NCBI GenBank assembly: GCA_043228905.1
Contig: JBHGNT010000018.1
Span: 14,074,001 to 14,138,000 of the forward strand
Reading direction: 5' to 3'
Length of the DNA: 64,000 nucleotides
Origin: Azolla caroliniana
Taxonomy: Eukaryota; Plantae; Polypodiophyta
Part shown: positions 13,024-26,551 of the stretch, one piece after another
How positions within the stretch are numbered: position 1 is the stretch's first letter
Layout: each line of letters starts with the position of its first letter
Program-made: the position numbers and the translations under genes
Notes under the pieces: model-generated
Told to the model about the DNA's origin: nothing
The model's input: only the letters and a program-made list of their open reading frames with translations
Databases searched by the model: none

Positions 13024-14620
13024 TGAGAATCAAACTTAACTTCCCTAGTGTCGGAACACAACTTAACATATTCAAGTGTGTGAACACCGCACCTCCTAAT
13101 ATAGTAACTATTGTGTCATAGAAGCTTAAATTTCTATGACACATATTTAGTGTAGTTGAGTCTCCACCTCTGTTTAGTAAGTGGTGGTTGTATAGAGAGA
13201 AGGTGACTACATAAGTATTGAGAAACGAATCGTCAAATCCACAAAAGGAAAGAAGGGAATATACTAAAATACATTATTAACTCAGAAGCACAGAAAACAG
13301 TGTACACAGATTTAACGTTGAAACCCTAAATCGGGTGAAAACCACGAAGAACGGAGCTTCACTATACAATGGATATATACAACAACAAGATCAGAGTACA
13401 ACACTCTCTATGCAGAGTGTAAACAGCCCCGAAGGACTCTTGGCGTGCGGCGAAATCACAGGGACTAAGGTTTAAGAGGAGTTGAAGAAACTTTAATAAA
13501 GCTTGCGCACAAATGTTAGGAAGATTAAGGATAAGAAGAATAAGAGTTAAAAGTATTGTGTGACAAAGAGACGAGCATAGATTAGAGACAAAGACCATAT
13601 ATGACTTAAGAAGCAAGGGTATATTATATTAACATGATTTATATTAAGAATATAAGATTTTACCACAAAGATTCAAGATAGCAGGAATAAAAGTTGAAAG
13701 TAATGTGCGAGAGAGAGACGAACAAGGATGAGAGATAGAGACAATGTATGATTAAAGAGGTAAGAAAATATGATAAGAATATGTATTATATTAAAAACCC
13801 AAGATTTTACCAAAGTTACAATGTCGATCACAAGATGCGACTTTTCTTTTGTTGAACTGTAGATTTGAACCCTTGCCTCCAACTTCGAAACACAAGCCTC
13901 TTCCCAAATGAGCTAACTTGTTTGTTTGATAATATTATTTCTCTAACTTTCTCTTCTTGATTGATTCCCTTTTCTTTTCCTTTCCCCTCTTTTTATAAGT
14001 ATTTCCATGCATATGGTAATGGCATGCATGTAATGCATGCGTTGCATGTGATGCATGATCGCCATTTGGCGCACATGCATTGCATGTGATGCATGATAGC
14101 CATCATGCTCATTTGAGCTCCCTTGTATGAAAATATATATGGGATAAGTATAATGATGGATATAACCCTAAAACAAATAACCTAGCTTAGTGGTGTATGC
14201 TTTGTGCTTGATATACAAGGTTGGGGGTTCAAGTCCCTCAATTTTACTTAATACAATATTTAAGTTTATTCCCTCAATTTTACTTAATACAATATTTAAG
14301 TTTATTCTTATATAGTGAAGCACACTAAAAACAAATAGCCTACCCTAGTGGTATATACATTGTGCTTGGTTTATAAGGTCGTGGATTCAAGTGTCTCATA
14401 TACTATAATATACAATACTTAAGTTCATTTTTATATCGTGAAGCACATTCTTCACGACAGCATATCCAGTTTTGATCACAACTACTTTCTCCATATCAAT
14501 CTCTCTCAATCTATCTTAAATACTTTCTCACTAAAGCTAGTACAAACTTCAAATCCTTCCGGTCTAGAACCCCGGTGGTTCCGCCTCATGATCCGCACAT
14601 AATGACGGATTTTCACGACA
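13023..14620. mobile_element. Stack of nested LTR fragments: copia-type LTR (~13023-13400), Trp-family-like LTR ending ACGACA at 14459, Trp-family U5 end 14460-14620
   Basis: Copia LTR motif at ~13310-13345. ACGACA termini at 14459 and 14620. U5 motif aaccccggtggttcc shared with LTRs 46440-47203 and 50003-50813. Confidence 0.6.
14183..14240 (+). ncRNA. tRNA-derived Pol III module (A/B boxes, T arm and anticodon arm retained) inside an LTR; second copy ~14340-14398
   Basis: A box TAGCTTAGTGG (14183), B box GGTTCAAGTCC (14226), T stem GGGGG/CCCTC, anticodon-like stem TTGTG/TACAA. No good acceptor stem. Confidence 0.55.
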
Positions 14621-17600
14621 CAGTGATCCACCATGAAGGATTCGAATTTCTAGTACCATTGTTGGGGAGTTTGCTTCAGTCTGTATAAGCTCTTCTTTTG
14701 TCATCATACCAGGTTCTCCTTTCCTTTCTCCATGAATCCCTCTAGATGTTGCATGTAGATCTCTTCCTCTAGATCTCCATGCAAAAAGGATGTCGTGACA
14801 TCTAACTGCTCTACCTCCAAATCCATGTTGGTTGCTATGCTTCGCACCATCCGAATCAACGTCATCTTTACTACCAGGGAAAATATTTCGTCGAAATCCA
14901 CACCCTTCTTCTGTTGAAATCCTTTTACGATAATTCGAGCTTTGTATCTAGGTGGATTCCCTCCATCTCCCAACTTCACCCTGTATACCCACTTGTTCCA
15001 AAGTGTTTTCTTTCCTTTTGGTAGCTCGGTCAGTTCATACGCATGGTTCTCATGCAAAGAATCCATCTCGTCTTGCATGGCACTCAACCACTTTTGGTTG
15101 TGGGTATCCCTTTTTGCTTCCTCGAAGCTTTCTGGCTCCCCCTCACGGTTCACAACACATATTCTCTATCTGAAAATCTCTGGGGGGGGCCTTCTCTCTC
15201 TTAGAGGGTATCTTCGGCCTTCATTTTCTTCAATAGGCTCACTAGGTCCTTCCTCTTCTCCTTCGAATGGTTCTTCATCCAATACGGAGTTGACTACTCC
15301 TTTGTTCAAATCCGAATCCGAATAAGACTCCCGACTGGTCTCCGATCGATCCGACTCTTGGTTTGCATTCGGTCGACTCCTCTAATTCTTCAGTCGGTGT
15401 TTGACTTCCGACTGGTCGGGAGGACGCATCCGACTTCTCTTTCTCCCAGTCGACGACTATCTTTTCTTCCATAAAGACAATGTCTTAGATCTTAATCACT
15501 TTCTTCTCGGCTAAGTCCCATAGCCGATAATCAACTTTGTCGTCGTTGTATCTGAGAAATATGCATGGTTGAGTTTTCGAATACAATTTTCCCCTCTGGT
15601 CCATAGCAACATGGACATATGAAAGACAACTGAACACCCTCAGATGTCGGTACAAGATGTCTTTGTTGGTCCACACCCTTTGTGGAATATCACCGTCCAA
15701 GGATGATGAGGGTGACCTGTTTATCACTGTATAAACCATTGTCATTAGCACCTCAGCCCAGAACGTCTTGGACAATTTTGCATGTGCAAGCATGCTTCAA
15801 ACTCTTTCCATGACTGTTTGGTTCTTTCTCTCGGCTAGCCCATTCAATTTTGGCGACTTTGGCATGGTGTATTCAAACCGGATACCCTTCGATCAACAGT
15901 ACTCCTCGAACTGCCCATGGTATTCTACTCCGTTGTTTGCTCGAACTGCTTTTAGCTTCTGGCTAGTTTCTCTCTCGGCTCTCGCTTGGAACTCGTTGAA
16001 GATGGATAACACTTGGTCCTTCGTCTTTAATACGGATGCCCACAACTTCTAACTACAATCATCAATGATGGTCACAAAGTATTGTGAACCGGCATGTGAC
16101 TTAGTGTCTACGTAGCATACGTCAGTATGCACGAGTTCCAAAGGCATTCTCTTCCTTGTCGGGGGTCTAGTTCGGAAGGAGGCCTTGTTCTACTTGTCAG
16201 CCAAGCAATCGGTGCACTTCTCAAGTTGCACGTTTTTCACCTCCAGAATTAGTTTATCATCGGCAAGTCTCCACATCCCCTTCTCGCACAACCTCTTGTG
16301 CCACAACTCACCGGAAATGCCAGATGCCACGTTCACTTCCTCCCTACATATTCGGGCATGTATTAGATACAGTGTGTTGGTTTTTTGGGCTCGGGCCGCA
16401 ATCAGGATTCCCTTGTAGAACTTCATAGTGTCATTCTGGATACTACTCATGTAGCCTTCATCATCTAGTTGATCGGCTTATATGAAATTCAATCTGACTT
16501 TCGGAACGTGTTTAACATCTCTCAATACCAGTCTACACCTGGTAGAAGTTATCAAACACACGTCTCCTATGCCGACGATTCGGCATGCTCCTTCATTTCC
16601 CATCTTTACAAAACCGTGGTCTCCGGTTTTGTATGATGAGAAGCATCCTTTCACTCGCGGCAATTGCTGAGGTGTTCCTTTTGTCCAGGATTTTTTTCCG
16701 GCTCTACACCATCACCTCCCCCTTTCTCTTTCCGGAAGTGTCGGAAATTCTTTTGAAAGTGTCCCGGCTTCCCACAATAGAAGAATGTAGGCCTCCCGAG
16801 TCTCGACTTCAACCTTGTCCCCGACTTCTCTCGGTTCTAGGAACTTATATTTCTCTGATTCTTGTCACCTTCCATGGTCATTAAGGCCTTTCAATCAGTA
16901 ATTGCCTCACTATACTTCTGACGAGCCTCCTCGTTCAGCAGACTCGACTTCACCTTCTCTAGGGATAAGTGCTTCCCTTCCGGTCCGGCATTGCCCAATG
17001 TGACAACGAGCATCTCCTAGTTGTCCGGAAGGGATCCCAACAACAATAATACTAATACCTCATCAGCAAGAAGTACTTCTAAAGAGGTGGTTTGGTTGAT
17101 CGGTCCTTGGAAAGCATTTAGGTGCTCCGCCATGCTGGAGTCATCCTGAACACTAAGACTTTGTTGTCGACGTTCTTGTTCTTGAACATAATGCCGATCT
17201 TCTCCTAGAGGACATTTGCCTTGTTCTCTTCATTAAAGTTATTGTATAGACTCATGTCTATAAAGCACCTTATGTATGTAGTTGCCTTCAAATGCATGAC
17301 TTCCCAAGTCGATGCATCAATGTTGTCTAGCTTGGTCTTGCCATATTGCACCATCAACCATAAGTCTTTGCATATGAGCATGTCCCATAGCTTTGACTTC
17401 CATGCTAAGTAGTTAGAGCCGGTTAGTTTGAGCATGCCCCAAACGAGTCTTCCATTGCTCTGATACCAATTTGTAGACAATCGACTGGCCACAACCGGTT
17501 AGCATGTATGCGAATGTGGGTGCAAAGATCGTGAATGATAGTACACAAACAAAAGAATAACAGAAGTACAAAGACACGGGATGTTTACGTGGAAAACCCT

Positions 17601-18020
17601 AAATGGGAAAAACCATGGGAGCCCACAAACTCCGAACTAAATTATTATATCAAGAGGAAATACACAATAAGAATCTCAAGGCAATGACTTTGAGTTGTTC
17701 TTCGTCTAATAGACGGCCGCAGAGTTACAACTCTCTCACTCTCTAGTTACAGACAACCCATAGTAACTATTCAACAATAATCAACACACCTTCTAACGAC
17801 TTGCCCTAAGTATATTTATACTGATATACAAATTGGGCTATTTACGAATATATCCTTAATGGGCACATGTAGGCTATTTACAAATATAGCCCAATCGGAT
17901 TCGTTCAATTCGGCTATCGACCAAATCGGTTATCATTCGATTATCGGACATTCGAGTTACCTATTGACTCATCTTATTCGACTCATGCTCTTCCCATTCG
18001 GAGGGACCTGTTTCCCAACA
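14621..18020 (-). mobile_element. Decayed Ty1/copia (Tnt1/Tork-like): 5' LTR 17472-18020, iMet PBS, gag, PR, INT, RT (truncated)
   Basis: PBS TGGTATCAGAGC (17457-17468). LTGSNYLAW gag, ELWHKRL GAG-pre-integrase, INT, RYKARIIVKGFQQKKGVDFDEIF RT. Confidence 0.9.
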
Positions 18021-18599
18021 ACTCAAACTATGCAAACTTTGAAGTAAGAATGACTAGGTTGATGAATGATTTGAACAACCCAACAATGTATATTAGCTAC
18101 TTCATTGGTCAAGTTATGTCTCTGAATCAAAGTTCATGTAGATTATAAGGAATGATCTATGAGGATAGTGTAATTTGCATTCAATAGTTAATGGAATTTC
18201 ATCCTTATCTAAAATTTAGTTATTTTGGTGAGTGTATCTTTTATTCCATATGTACACTTATAACCACCATGTTCTCTCATTACAAGGAAATTGATTTTTT
18301 TTAACAATTTGATAATGATACCTAACATGTGATATACATGCAAATGGAGTTGGCTTTCTCACATGTTTATCCTAAGAGGAAATGTGTATCCTAAGAGGAA
18401 ATGAAAACTTGAAAATTCTGTTTTGGAATGTAAAATAGAAAATGCTTCTGCTTAGTAGTTCAATGGATGAAAACTTGAAAAGTTTGTTTTGGAACCTTAT
18501 CCACGACCTTAAAGGAGTGCTTGCTTTTTCAAGGAAGGTGTAATATTATCTAATGAAAAAACTAAATGCAATGATGAATGTGATATGCTTTTCTACGTT

Positions 18600-19360
18600 T
18601 TGAGATTATATAGACACATGAAGCTCGAAAGATTACCATCAAATGTAGACACCATGTTCATGTTCTTTACAATCAAAACAAGGGATATCACGTAACTTCT
18701 TGAATTCTTTAACAAGGTACAAATGAAATATGTGCAACGTAAGCACAAACCAGGATTCATGGTTTTCCCAATTCAATGAATCAAGCCCATTCATGCAATT
18801 GGAACAGGGAACTATTAGAATGACCAATTCTCCATCGTGGTCGCAAACAAAGTCAATAGAGTTGAAGTCATTGTGGACCACACTTGCAGGTCTAACAACA
18901 TGGCCGATATGGAAGCACCGCTACTACAAGATCTTCCAAGGGAAGCCCATCCCACCAACAGAGGTAATCATGGAACTTTGGGATCACCTCATCACCTTCC
19001 TTCGTGGGTCATATGAAGATATTCAAGGTGAAACAGACTTAGCATCAAGTGCACAGGCAACCTTCATTTTGAAATGGAGTGGAACGCTGATACTGCGATT
19101 ACAGAACGACACTATATGATGTTGCTATTTCCTGCCGAAACGGCTCTTCCCACCGAGGACTCCCCCCCATGCGATATCCCCCCACCGTCCCAGGACTATA
19201 GAAGGAACACTTTAGGCTTCACCTTTTTAGAGTTAATCGAAGTCATGAAGCTCTATATGAGGCTTGGCTCTTGTACGTAGGATGCCTCCTGTTTTTCTTC
19301 CTAACTAATGGGTAGCAATTTTTTTGGAAAAAAAGAAAAAAAGAAACAAGAAAACAAAGT
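18600..19360 (+). mobile_element. L1-type LINE 3' fragment
   Basis: TWPIWKHR...ELWDHLITFLRGSYEDIQG...RLFPP parallels the C-terminus of the LINE at 34585-35385; A-rich tail ~19328-19358. Confidence 0.65.
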
Positions 19361-21515
19361 AAATACTCTTATAACTAAAAAAGAATCCAAGTATATGCCA
19401 TGAAAGAGGCTATCATTGGTATAGGATTGCAAATATGTAGATGTGTTACAAGAGGTGAGAAGTGTCCGGATATTAGTTTCCTAATAATTATGCACTGTTG
19501 AAAAGAGATGTGTAGTAGGAAAGGGGCCACCATAAATTATCAATGGCAATGATTTATACAAACGAAGGCAAAGATAGTATATTAAGAATTTAGTACCTAA
19601 ATGAAAATGCATGGAGAAGTTTGTGAATGCCAATTTTCCCACAACGTAAGAAAAATCTTGGATACTAGTTGTAGGCAAGTCACAATTATTCAAGTAGGCT
19701 CCTTCAAGTAACTCATATACTTTATGTAACAGTTCAAAGGTGATTCAAAATGGTAGGGCTTCTCACTTAGGCAAAAACAAAATACATCATTTTCATGGTT
19801 CAGCACATGATCGAGTGGGCAGATTTATTTACAACCATATTTGTATATGATTTGGATTCTCATTGGCGTTAGTCTTCGATAATGGACTAGGGTTTTGAGT
19901 AGATGTTGAAACTTTGCCAATTCAAAAATTGAAAAGCATCATTTTTGTACATTGTATATTTGTTGAGCTAAGGGACGCCTACTAGAGAAAGTAAATGGAA
20001 TTCTAGTGAGAAATTTTAAGGATAATGCATTTTGAGCTCATAATGTGCCATATAAATTCCCTACAAGGTAACCTTTGTCTTTCACCTTAATTCGTAGACA
20101 ATAAGTTCATTTGTATGATATAGGGATCCTAATATATTGTGTTCTTTTTGCTCAAACTGCGGAAAGAGGATAATGGTTAATATTGCATATTGTTCAGGCA
20201 TATTACGTGATTTGTTTTTTTAATCCACCCATTGGTAGTGGCTATTTACCTATCCAGGTCATGTTTTGTTTGAGGATATTTTTCCTTCTTTGCCTATAGT
20301 CTAGACATTGGTGAAGGAGATATATTGATATTGTTTTAGGTGCACATGTTTACCATAAATGGTTCATAATGTTTTGCGGTGCACGTTTTCCATCAATGGT
20401 ATCACTTGTTGGTCACTGAATGTATCAAATATACATTGCACATTAGTTTTTACAAAAATTTATTTGAAACTACTTTTGCTAGTTGAGAATAGAAAGGAGA
20501 GAGGGAGGGAGTGTCACGTGTGTGTGTGCAATTTATGTGCACATGCACATTTGTGTTTTCATACACACATGTGCATAAGTCTTGTTGATGTCTATATTTA
20601 TGTGTATGTGCCTCGGATTGCATGCATGCCTTCAAGACCTAACCCAAGTATGTGAACATCTTTAAGAGAGAACAATTGTATGCATCGTCGGTCCTCACAC
20701 TTTAATGCCCCAAAAATCATAATTAAAGGTGAAAACCCACTAAATGAAGGTTGATGTACAAAACACAATGTGAATGATGTAGCGCTTAAAAGTACCCAAA
20801 GGATATCTTAAAGTTGTATAGTAGAGGGAGAAGTAAGCTCAAACATTTAGGCTATGATTGTACCATGTGGCTTGATCAAAGAGCATGAACTCGTTAAGAT
20901 TGGCTTTGGCTAAATACTACATACTCATAAGATAAAATATACAATACCAAAGAAGATTTACAATTCCCAAAATCTCACTTGATCAAGACATGGCTTTTTT
21001 GTACGAAAAGAACAAGGCCGAACGAAAAAGGATTGTCCCCCAAATAGCTTGGAAAGGAAGAAATTTAGGAAAAGGGATGGAAGAGCAATACCCATGTAGT
21101 AATGTGAATGTAACATGGTGCGAGATGAGACTTTTGGCAATGTCGCGAGGCATTCAAGATGTTTGTGATTCGTATTCCCAACAAAGATTCGATATCATAG
21201 ATCATACAAGCAAATATGTGACAGATATTTGGTGGATGAAAGAAGAGTGTCTGTTTCTTTTAGGTTGGGTTGGGTTGGGTTGGGGGGACATAATTATACT
21301 TTGAGCTTAGCTTTACAACCATTTCCTCATGTTTGGGAGGGAGAGAGGGTTTGGTCCATGGTCTTGTGGAGGGGACTTTTATTTTCTTCTTCTTCTTTGA
21401 CCTCAATTATTGGTATGATCATAAGAGGCTAGCTTCTTCTTCTTCTTCTTCTTCTTCTTCAAATATTTTTCCTACAATCCCCCCCTTTCTCTCTCTTCTA
21501 TGTGTGTTGTGTTAG

Positions 21516-21616
21516 ATGAGAAAAACTTTCCAAAATACCAATTGCAAATGATGTGTTAAAAAATCATGAGAAAAACTTTCCAAAATCCCAATTTGCAAAT
21601 GATGTGTTAAAAAATC
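21516..21616. repeat. 50-bp tandem duplication upstream of EXPB
   Basis: atgagaaaaactttccaaaat..aattgcaaatgatgtgttaaaaaatc x2. Confidence 0.85.
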
Positions 21617-21940
21617 AGTATGTACTTCTCTCTCTCTCTCTTTTCCTTTCTCCTCTTATTAAAAGCTTTTTACAATAATACCCAGCTTTTCTTGGCAATT
21701 TTGTTTATTGATTTATTTTTTGCTTTTTGGGTCCTATTACCACATCAACTTACATCACTTTTCCTTTCGTCCTTTTTGCTTTTGGGTTTTAGCTTTTTGA
21801 CCATTACTGAATGCCTTTCATGTCTTCTTCTTCTTCCTCCTCCTCCTCCTCTTCTTCTTCATTAAAATCTCCATTAAAATCTTTCATTAAATTACCCTTT
21901 TTTATTTATTAAAGCTTCCTGTTGATGGTGATGGGGATGA

Positions 21941-21948
21941 TATAAATA
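21941..21948 (+). promoter_or_regulatory. Putative TATA box of EXPB
   Basis: TATAAATA ~110 bp upstream of ATG 22050, followed by a CT-rich leader. Confidence 0.5.
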
Positions 21949-22049
21949 CTTAATCTTCTTCCTCTTCCTCTCCTTCTTCTATCAGAAGAAGAATTCACCC
22001 TCACGATCATATAATTCATTCAAATCATTAATCCTTGCCCAGTAATAGA

Positions 22050-23844
22050 ATGGCATCATATAGTAATAACTTCACTAAATCCCTCACCCTTATAATAATT
22101 CATGGTGCCATGCTTTACACTGCAATGGCATCTCATTCCTCTGCAAACAACAATAACAATATCAGTGAGAATCAAATCAATTATAAGTATGGAAATAATA
22201 ATAATAATAATAATAATAATTACAGGCACGTGCACGCCCATGCCCCATGGCTGCCTGCAACAGCCACTTGGTATGGGAGCCCTGATGGAGATGGATCTGA
22301 TGGTAATACATCAGTAAATCTAATCCATTTTAAATGTGTAGGAATTTCAGATCTAACCAATAATGGAAATGACTTTTGGCACCCAATATATATAATATGT
22401 ACATTGCAATATATGAGGGGGGATTCCATGATTACATACATTCATGGCAAAATGTGGAGCTTTTCGCTGATATTAAGAGGATTGAGGATATTTGATCATA
22501 ATTATGGTTGTTTTACTATTATGATTAGGTGGGGCATGTGGATATGGAAACCTTGCGGCATCTGCATATGGCACCCGGGTCAGCGCAGGAAGCCCTGTTA
22601 TCTTCCGGAACGGAGAAGGCTGCGGAGCTTGCTATCAGGTAAAGAGAAAAGAAAAGAAGAAGCCATCCATAGCTGTATGGATGGATCAGGTATCTCTGTC
22701 TGTGTAGGGCTATCTATCTATGATTTGCCTCCTTACCAGAGCTTGGCATTCTATTTTGCTTTGACAGTGAATGCCCTAGGTTTTAATGCTCTATACTAGA
22801 GTGTGGTAGCTAAAATCCATGTCCCAGGACAAAAAAACTACTACCCTTCTACATATAGATCATTCTAGTGTGTGTGTGTCTGATTGCTTAGCTATTGATC
22901 TTCTTATACAAATCCACCACTATTGTTAGCTATTACTATTACTACTCCTACATCATATGGAGCATTTCAGTGTGTGTTGTGTGCTTGCTTTAGCTATTGA
23001 TCTTCTTATACAAATCCACCACTATTATTAGCTACTACTACTACTACTACATCATATGGAGCATTTCAGTGTGTGTTGTGTGCTTGCTTTAGCAATTGAT
23101 CTTATTATACAAATCCACCGTTATTATTAGCTACTACTACTACTGCTACTACTACATCATATGGAGCATTTCAGTGTGTGTTGTGTGCTTGCTTTAGCTA
23201 TAATTTGATCTTCTTATACAAATCCACCACTATTATTGGGAATGTGAAAAGAAAAAGGCATTCCCAATTATGCCATGATGGATCCAAATTTAGCTACACA
23301 CACACATCTTTCACCCCTCAATTCCAATCCAACAGAACCTTAATTTTTATATAAATGCGGGCCCGCTAACTAAATGTCCAGGTGCGGTGCGTGGGAGGGC
23401 TGTGCTCCAAAAGACCCGTGACGGTGGTGATCACGGACGAGTGCCCAGGTGGCTATTGCGCGTTCGGACGCACACACTTCGACATGAGCGGGTCCGCGTT
23501 CCGCCGCATGGCCGCGTCTTCCAGTCTCTCCTCTACCCTCCTCAATGTCGGCGAGATCGATGTTCTCTACCGCCGGTAAGACCAAAAGAGGGAGGAGAAA
23601 GAAAGGAAGAAAAATAGAGATCGGGGGCATTTTTTCAGTTTTTATATAATATGTCATTTAACTTTCTCGATCCCACTCTCTCGGGAATTTTTGGTTAGGG
23701 TGCCGTGTAATTTCGGCCGAGGTGTACATGTCGCATTCCAAGTTAACCAAGGGGCTACCGACTTCTGGTTCTCCGTGCTCGTCCGTTACGAAGATGGAGA
23801 TGGCGATCTCGCAATGGTGGAGGTCATGGAGGTACCAATAGTCC

Positions 23845-23888
<44 letters not shown>

Positions 23889-24283
23889 TTCCTAGTAGTA
23901 GTAGTACTAGTTGGAATAAATGAAGGAGCATGGATGTCCCACAACCCTATTCTTGTCCTTTATGTCTCAAAAGTAGTTAGCATAAAAAGATATTAATTGA
24001 AAATGGGGCATCCATCATTCCATGTTGGTATGGGCACACATAAGTGTGCTTCTTTGCATGAGCTAAGGCATGTGTCTGTGTATTCTAGGGACAATCTAAC
24101 CAGTGGAAGCAAATGAGGCAACTATGGGGCGCATACTGGTGCCTAAATGGGGGACCAATGAGAGGGCCATTCTCAATGAGGCTCACGACATCGTCGGGCG
24201 CAAAACTGACTACGCAAGATGTGATTCCATCGAATTGGGCACCCGGCGAGACATACAATACAATGGTGAATTTCCCGCACTGA
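22050..24283 (+). CDS. EXPB: Beta-expansin (EXPB), 5 exons: 22050-22302, 22529-22638, 23382-23575, 23699-23831, 24089-24283; 294 aa
   Basis: All introns are GT..AG with consistent phases (885 nt, open frame). Motifs [46 protein letters not shown]63 W..M.QLWGAYW, GPFS.RLT, VIPSNW.PG. N-terminal hydrophobic signal-like segment. Confidence 0.95.
22868..23238. repeat. ~90-bp minisatellite (about 4 copies) with embedded (CTA)n in EXPB intron 2
   Basis: agctattgatcttcttatacaaatccaccactatt...catcatatggagcatttcagtgtgtgttgtgtgcttgc repeated. Confidence 0.9.
23844..23911. repeat. (TAG)n microsatellite in EXPB intron 4
   Basis: Directly visible. Confidence 0.95.
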
Positions 24284-25828
24284 GAAGCATGAGCCAAAGT
24301 ATGCTTAGTAGTAGGCAAATGTTGTGTGTGCATGTGTGTCACTGTGTACCATGGCCAAAGGATCCACATAGGATTTGTGTATAGTTAATAAGCTGTTATT
24401 ATTAGTTAGGATTAGGGTAAAAAAAAAAGGTAATTATTGAAAAGTCTCAACGGCTCTTTTAATGATGATGTTGAACAATGTCAGCTGAAGTGGCCGTTGA
24501 CGGTTAAAGAGGACTAAAAAGGTCTCTTTCCCCTTTATTTATTTATTTTTATTTATATGTATATTAGATCCATTTGTAATTCTATTTTATTTTTACCATT
24601 TGTTGTTTTATTTTTCCATCGAAAAAACGATCATCTCCTCAAGATTCTCCTTTTGATGCTGGCCGTTATGAGAAACAAAAAAAGGAAAGGAAAAATCAAT
24701 CACAATAATAATAATAGCTAGTCAGTTTTTGCTTTTTGCTTTTTGCTTTTTTGCTTGTATCTAGGCAGAATTGTCATGCTCCTTCTGCCGTCCTATAGTA
24801 ACCTTTGTAGTGCCCCCAAAATCATATCTTCTATTTACCAAATCCTTTTAAAAAGGACTTGTCGGAATGCATGCACGCACACGTTTTACGGTTGCTTGAA
24901 TGTAAAAATAAATAAATGGAACTAGCACTTTTATGCGTTCACACCATGACATATTGTACTACGACTATTTCCAACATCATTTTGTTTCTCGCTTCATCGT
25001 GCATTCAAACCATGAGATGCAACACGATGACTATTTTCACACATAATCTAGTTTCTCGCGTCATCCCCCATTTTCGGGATAGATAATGTATAATCTCATT
25101 TCAAATGTTTTTTGCAATGCCATCAAATGTTTCCAGCAACACCTTTTAACGTTCACACACCTTGCAACCAAGTCTTTTTGCCTTGCTTTTAACATAATAT
25201 CTAGGTTTTGTAAGTCTTATAAAAAGTTTGCTACGTCACTATGAAGGTTGTACACATTCATGAACTGAAGCTAGGGCAATTATTAATTTTCATAAGAGAT
25301 ATAATTCACGATCGAATAATTCTCTCAAGAGATAGACAACACAAGATTTACTAATTCACGATCAAATAATTCTCTCAAGAGATAGACAAACATTCATACA
25401 CGTTCTTCCGAATCATATCACAAATCGAAATATTGTTTTCTTAGTTTAGCACGTTTCACATTTACGTGAAGGTACTAAATCAAAGACGGTGGTAGTTCTC
25501 ATGCTCAAACTTTCATGCCATGGGAAAAGAAAGCAAAACAAAGGCAAACATATGTATAAGTTTGTTTCCACTTTTTTTTTGGATACATGATGCATGTCAC
25601 ATAAAATGCAATGTGCATGTTTTTAGAGGCATTAGCTCTCAATAAAAGTTTACATAAAGGATATATATATTTGTCGCCTATTGCATAAATTCATCTCCCT
25701 TCTTTTTGGTATCGAGTGTGGATGCCCATTGACATAGATATGTATAGATTATTCTTGCAATGTACTTAAGTGAATGTCATCCTCATATGTGAAGGGAAGA
25801 TCGAGTATCATCTAAGAATTATATAAAT

Positions 25829-26022
25829 TCCCTTTGGATTAGAGAGGGAGTTTCTTTAATCAATTACACACATACATATGTCCTTCACATTGGAATGAGA
25901 GATGGTTAATATGTTTGTGTATTAATATGTTAACTTCCTCTTTGGATTAGAGAGAGAGTTTCTTTAATCAATTACACACATACATATGTCCTTCACATTG
26001 GAATGAGAGATGGTTAACTTCC
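25829..26022. repeat. Tandem duplication (~110-bp period); a second short duplication lies at 25302-25389
   Basis: ctttggattagagag..gagtttctttaatcaattacacacatacatatgtccttcacattggaatgagagatggttaa x2. Confidence 0.85.
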
Positions 26023-26551
26023 TCGAGTGCCTATTAAGGAAAATATAAATACCCTTGCCAACTTTTGGAAACTATGTTTTCTTACCTAATATATTTACAC
26101 TAGAAATAGATTATATCTCATATAATTTATTTCTATACATTTGGGTCCTATATAAGCTATTTTATTATTCTAAATACTTGATTGATGTAAATATTCACAA
26201 AATATAAAACACAATAATAATCATGGTACAATCACAATGTTTTTCCAACGTTAACAACATTCGCTATCACATTCAAAATTTACATAATTTTTTTTTATCT
26301 TTTCTAGCAATCAACATAATATTGTCACACACATATGAAACCAAGAACCAAAATAACAACACAATTCAGGTTTTTATTTTAAAGTAAATAAAAAAGACAA
26401 TATATTTAGTGCATATGTTACAAGAGTTTTATAAGTTACTTTCCCAAATAACCTGAAAAGAGTCATTAGAAGTTACAATTCGTATCATTGTTGATCATGC
26501 TGCATGCAACTCTCGCCCATTAGCTAGTTTGAAATTAACTTTGGCTATATT

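Noticed and set aside
13112-13143. Perfect 12-bp hairpin TGTGTCATAGAA/TTCTATGACACA
   Set aside because: Single occurrence inside an LTR fragment, too short for a miRNA precursor, with no supporting context.
13861-14398. Functional tRNA genes
   Set aside because: Acceptor stems do not pair and the units sit in LTRs; treated as tRNA-derived modules.
22035-22799. 254-aa single-exon ORF
   Set aside because: Read-through of EXPB exon 1 into intron 1; the spliced model restores the expansin motifs.
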